Of a stretch of DNA of 64,000 bases, positions 60,119 to 64,000 are shown piece by piece. The position numbers were made by a program, and so were the translations under genes. Within the stretch, counting starts at the first letter, position 1; each line of letters starts with the position of its first letter. The stretch lies in NCBI GenBank assembly GCA_964016885.1, contig OZ024740.1, positions 88,846,001-88,910,000 on the forward strand. The letters run 5' to 3'. The DNA is from Eledone cirrhosa (Eukaryota). The notes under the pieces are model-generated. The model was not told the DNA's origin. It did no database searches and worked only from the letters and a program-made list of their open reading frames with translations.

Positions 60119-60682
60119 TTGCAAGCGGTGGGAGGGACCGTCCTGATGAAGGCCAGTCAAGCCTTAAATGCATAGACGGTTGTCCCCCTTTCTTCTGCTG
60201 GACACCACCAGATGGCGTCAGCGCCGGTGTTTGCATAGCTACGACTTCCTAAATGTTTCCTGTAAACATACCATGTTTCTTTAGAAATACGAAATTCCTA
60301 TACTGGTCTGTTTAAAGCTATGCTTAAAGGGAAAACCTATTTCTATTCTATTATGAGTTGAGCCAACTTATGCAGCTTCATATGCAAATGAGATTAATCA
60401 CCTCATTTACACAGACAAGAAAACTATATATTCTCGACTGTTCTCAGGTCCAGCAATGGCAAGCGGTGGGTGGGATTGTCATGATGAAGGCCAGTCAAGT
60501 CTGGAATGCATAGATGGTTGTCCCTCTGCTTCTGCTGGACACCACCAGAGGGTGTTAGCCACGAGGTTTGCATAGCTACGGATTCCTAAATATTTCCTGT
60601 GAACATACCGTATTATTTAGAAATACGAAATTCCTATATTTATCTGTATAAAACTATGCTTGAAGCGAAATCCTATTTCTAT
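60119..60682 (+). mobile_element. Retrozyme-like tandem (338-bp period) with two mutated minimal HHRs
   Basis: 60121-60345 repeats at 60459-60682; HHR at 60137-60180 ACCGTC-CTGATGA-AGGC..GCCT-TAAA-TGCA-TA-GACGGT and at 60475-60518 (ATGATGA, GGAA); their inferred consensus is canonical. Confidence 0.78.
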
Positions 60683-60698
60683 ATATATATAAATATAA

Positions 60699-62982
60699 TT
60701 ATATACTTATACACGAACTACTGAGCAAATAATATTTGGTATCAATGAGTTAAAGACATCTGACAAATCAATTAGTAGTGAAGGTGGTGTATACATATAT
60801 ATATATATATATATTAATTCAAATATTAACAAAATAGATATTCTTGTGATCAATTAAATTTTATTATACATATTTCAGAGGTACTTGAATCAGGTTCAAC
60901 ACTACGTCCTCATCAAATAAAATAAAATGATACATGACATAACCTGACATGTTAGATGGTTAAGATTTAATCAAGGTAGTGATTAACTTATGAGAAAACT
61001 CAATATTTATACCCTAATATTGAGAACATGCGAAAACGTAATAGAATCAATAGAGAGAGTGTGAGTAAGAAAAACATTGCCTTAATGCAACAGTTATAGA
61101 GTTTTTAAAGTCTGAAATACTACTATAGGACTATAGAGGAAGACGTATCTGGAGTTATAATTTATTTAGTTTTTAGCTTGAGAATGCAACTGATAGATAA
61201 TTAAAGAATGAATGAATGACACTTGTTTAATAACTTGTTGGCAGGTTGATATACATAACCTATGGCTTTTTGGATACTCTTAACTTTGATTCAGACCTTT
61301 ATTTTTCTATCTCTGTTTTAAATATAGTTTAGATATCTAACCTGTAAATTTTACTGACATTAATTTGAAATCTGGTTCATTCTTGCGTTTACATTTTTAT
61401 ATATATGTATGTTTTTTATATATATGTTTGTATTTTACTCCTTTGGGGATGGTTTTTGAAGACTCGGAAAGTTGGCTTTGTTTTTTATATATTTTACGTA
61501 TTTTTAGCAAACAATATTAGCAGACAAATATTGGTTTATATCTCAACTAAACTGGAGGTAACACTACTAACAGTGTTTTTAATCGATATGTTTTATTGAT
61601 ATATACTGTTTTATTAATATCTAGTATATCAAAGTATAGTTTCTGCAAATATCTTTACCTAGTGTAATAACATAATCGTAGTTATGCATGTATGAAACTG
61701 CTATCAAAGATTATAATCGTTTTTCTTTATTAAATGTATACCGTCTCATTAATATTTAGTATATCTCTCTATATATAGTTTGTGCAAATATGTTTATATT
61801 GTATAATAACATAATCATAATTATAGTTCGGTATATCTCTATATATAGATTTGTGCAAATATATTTATATTGTATAATTAACATAATCAGAATTAGAGTT
61901 CGGTATTCCATAGAAGGTAGAATTAATGTAGTGATTTAATATAATATATGAACAAATAATAAAAAAAAAAATAATTTATAGTCCTCTTATTATGATCAAT
62001 GCACACACATATATATATATATAGCTGAAAACTCTGGTTTAATTATTATACTTTAGGCACTATAACTATTTAACAATAAATTCCTTGATAGTTATAACTG
62101 TAAATACTTCATAAACTATACATACAGAAAGTTGTCACTGTTACAAGTAATTTTGTTAAATATTACCTTTGTGAGAATATTGAACAGTATATATCTTTCT
62201 TTCGTGGGCCTCGTAAATCCTTTAAATTTGTTTTCATAAAACTTTGAATTTTAGAAATTTGACACATTTATAAAATTTATAAAATTTTATAAAATTAATA
62301 CAAATGACCATCAACTTTTAAAACCTAAAATGTTGATTCTTTACCCTAAAATAACATAAATTAAATACTTTAAATATTTTGAAATTTAACCGCCAAGGTT
62401 ATACATGTTTATATGAGTCCGAAAAAAATTTGAGCATAAATTACTCCCCTTTATCTCTCCCTCTCTTTAATTATCTATCAGTTGCATTCTCAAGCTAAAA
62501 ACTAAATAAATTATAACTCCAGATACGTCTTCCTCTATAGTCCTATAGTAGTATTTCAGACTTTAAAAACTCTATAACTGTTGCATTAAGGCAATGTTTT
62601 TCTTACTCACACTCTACCTATTGATTCTATTACGTTTTCGCATGTTCTCAATATTAGGGTGTAAGTATTGAGTTTTCTCATAAGTTAATCACTACCTTGA
62701 TTAAATCTTAACCATCTAACATGTCAGGTTATGTCATGTATCATTTTATTTTATTTGATGATGGCGTACTGTTGAACCTGATTCAAGTACCTCTGAAATG
62801 TGTATAATAAAATTTAATTGATCACAAGAATATTTATTTTGTTAATATTTGAATTAATATTAATAACTCTGGAAAATATTTTCTGTTGCAAACACCAGCT
62901 TCACTACTATTTGATTTGGCAGATGTCTTTAACCCATTGATACCAAATATTATTTGGTCACTAGTTCGTATGAAAGTATATA
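60699..62982. mobile_element. Non-coding PLE derivative with about 510-bp inverted arms and degenerate HHRs
   Basis: 60699-61207 is the reverse complement of 62464-62982; arms are homologous to the Naiad 3' end 54590-54900; TTGATGA..GTAC..GTAC..GAAA at about 60857-60920 (-) and 62745-62812 (+); internal tandem of about 50-bp units at 61610-61910. Confidence 0.8.
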
Positions 62983-63350
62983 AATATATTTATTTTTATT
63001 TGAATTTGGCAAAGCCGGCTATTTATCGCTCTTATACAGGAAACTGACTGGCCAGTCTGCTGATATGCAAATCTGGCTGATCAGTGGATTTGCGAATATG
63101 CAGATCTGACTGATCAGTCACTGAGTATTTTTTGAAAGTAGCATATATTTTCACTAGCTCTGACATATTGGCAGGTGAAGAGTGAGCTGTACTGATGATG
63201 GTTGATACCCAGAAACATTAGTGTCTGCAGTTCTGTTCACATGCCAGCACAAGAGCAAGAATGAAGGATTCATTCTACTGACATGGCTCTAAAATTGAGG
63301 ATTGTTTGCATAATTGCAAACGAATCGAATGTTATTATTAATATTCGAAA

Positions 63351-63430
63351 ATCCTTACGATGGTCGATGAAATAAAGTACCAGTAATACACTGGGATAAT
63401 TCCTGGTCTTGTGCCAAAAGTAGAAACAAT
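63351..63430 (+). mobile_element. 5'-truncated SINE
   Basis: 3' half of the SINE; TSD TTATTAATATTCGAAAA on both sides. Confidence 0.8.
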
Positions 63431-63461
63431 TATTAATATTCGAAAACCTCAGATTACATTC

Positions 63462-63497
<36 letters not shown>

Positions 63498-63502
<5 letters not shown>

Positions 63503-64000
63503 GAATATATGATAGGGATAAACACTGATACATGTATACATCTGTTCGTATTGCAAATGACCAAGTTAGCTAGATTGAAAAATACTAATTACAATAATAC
63601 AGTTTGCCTGTCTCGATTTAAAATAATAAATCAATAAAAACAAATCTATATTGGCAAAAGCCGTGATACCTGGACAAATTTAACTGTTAAACTTCAAATT
63701 TGTTTCGCAACGATTAAGTGAAAGTTCCTATTTCTGTGCTCTTCTGTAGGTATACAGAAATTGGTATGTTTCACTTCAAAATACTAATGAAGTCTGGGAG
63801 ATATGTGTTTTTTAACGCACATGTGTCACATCATCTAACGCGTCCCATATTCGTACCGCTAAAAATAGCAGCCGGTTTTATGGTACTTAAACGTTAGCTC
63901 AACGGATGGAGCCTTAAATATTATATATAGAGTTATAAACTCAAATAGTCTTTTACAATTAATTAGCTCAAAGAAAGGAATATTTCTGAGCCGTGTAATA
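63498..64000 (-). mobile_element. Third copy of the about 505-bp HHR monomer (runs off the window); HHR at 63665-63753
   Basis: Homologous to 40285-40722 followed by 40203-40283 (permuted order); core again CAGAAGA. Confidence 0.85.

Overview
AT-rich, microsatellite-dense eukaryotic DNA with no host protein-coding gene I can support. Most ORFs in the track are (TA)n/(CA)n artefacts. The SINE type and repeat landscape suggest an octopus or related coleoid cephalopod (inference, not a database match). The window holds: at least 7 copies of one tRNA-headed SINE; RTE and R4/Dong LINE fragments; a Helentron-like non-autonomous element; one nearly complete but disrupted Penelope-like element (PLE, RT + GIY-YIG); and several Naiad-type PLE fragments. 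The main hidden signal is about 20 intact or degenerate type I hammerhead ribozyme (HHR) motifs from about 10 sequence families. Most lie in short non-coding elements embedded in (TA)n tracts. These elements occur as more-than-one-unit repeats of 340-570 bp monomers and/or as head-to-head inverted pairs whose ribozymes always point outward. This looks like a diverse, PLE-dependent, TA-targeting retrozyme-like system. Extra leads: a conserved CAGAAGA variant HHR core, an in-frame TGA at a conserved Cys of a Naiad endonuclease (possible selenocysteine), and an HHR-less family with a candidate pseudoknot. Structures were folded by eye and element boundaries are approximate.
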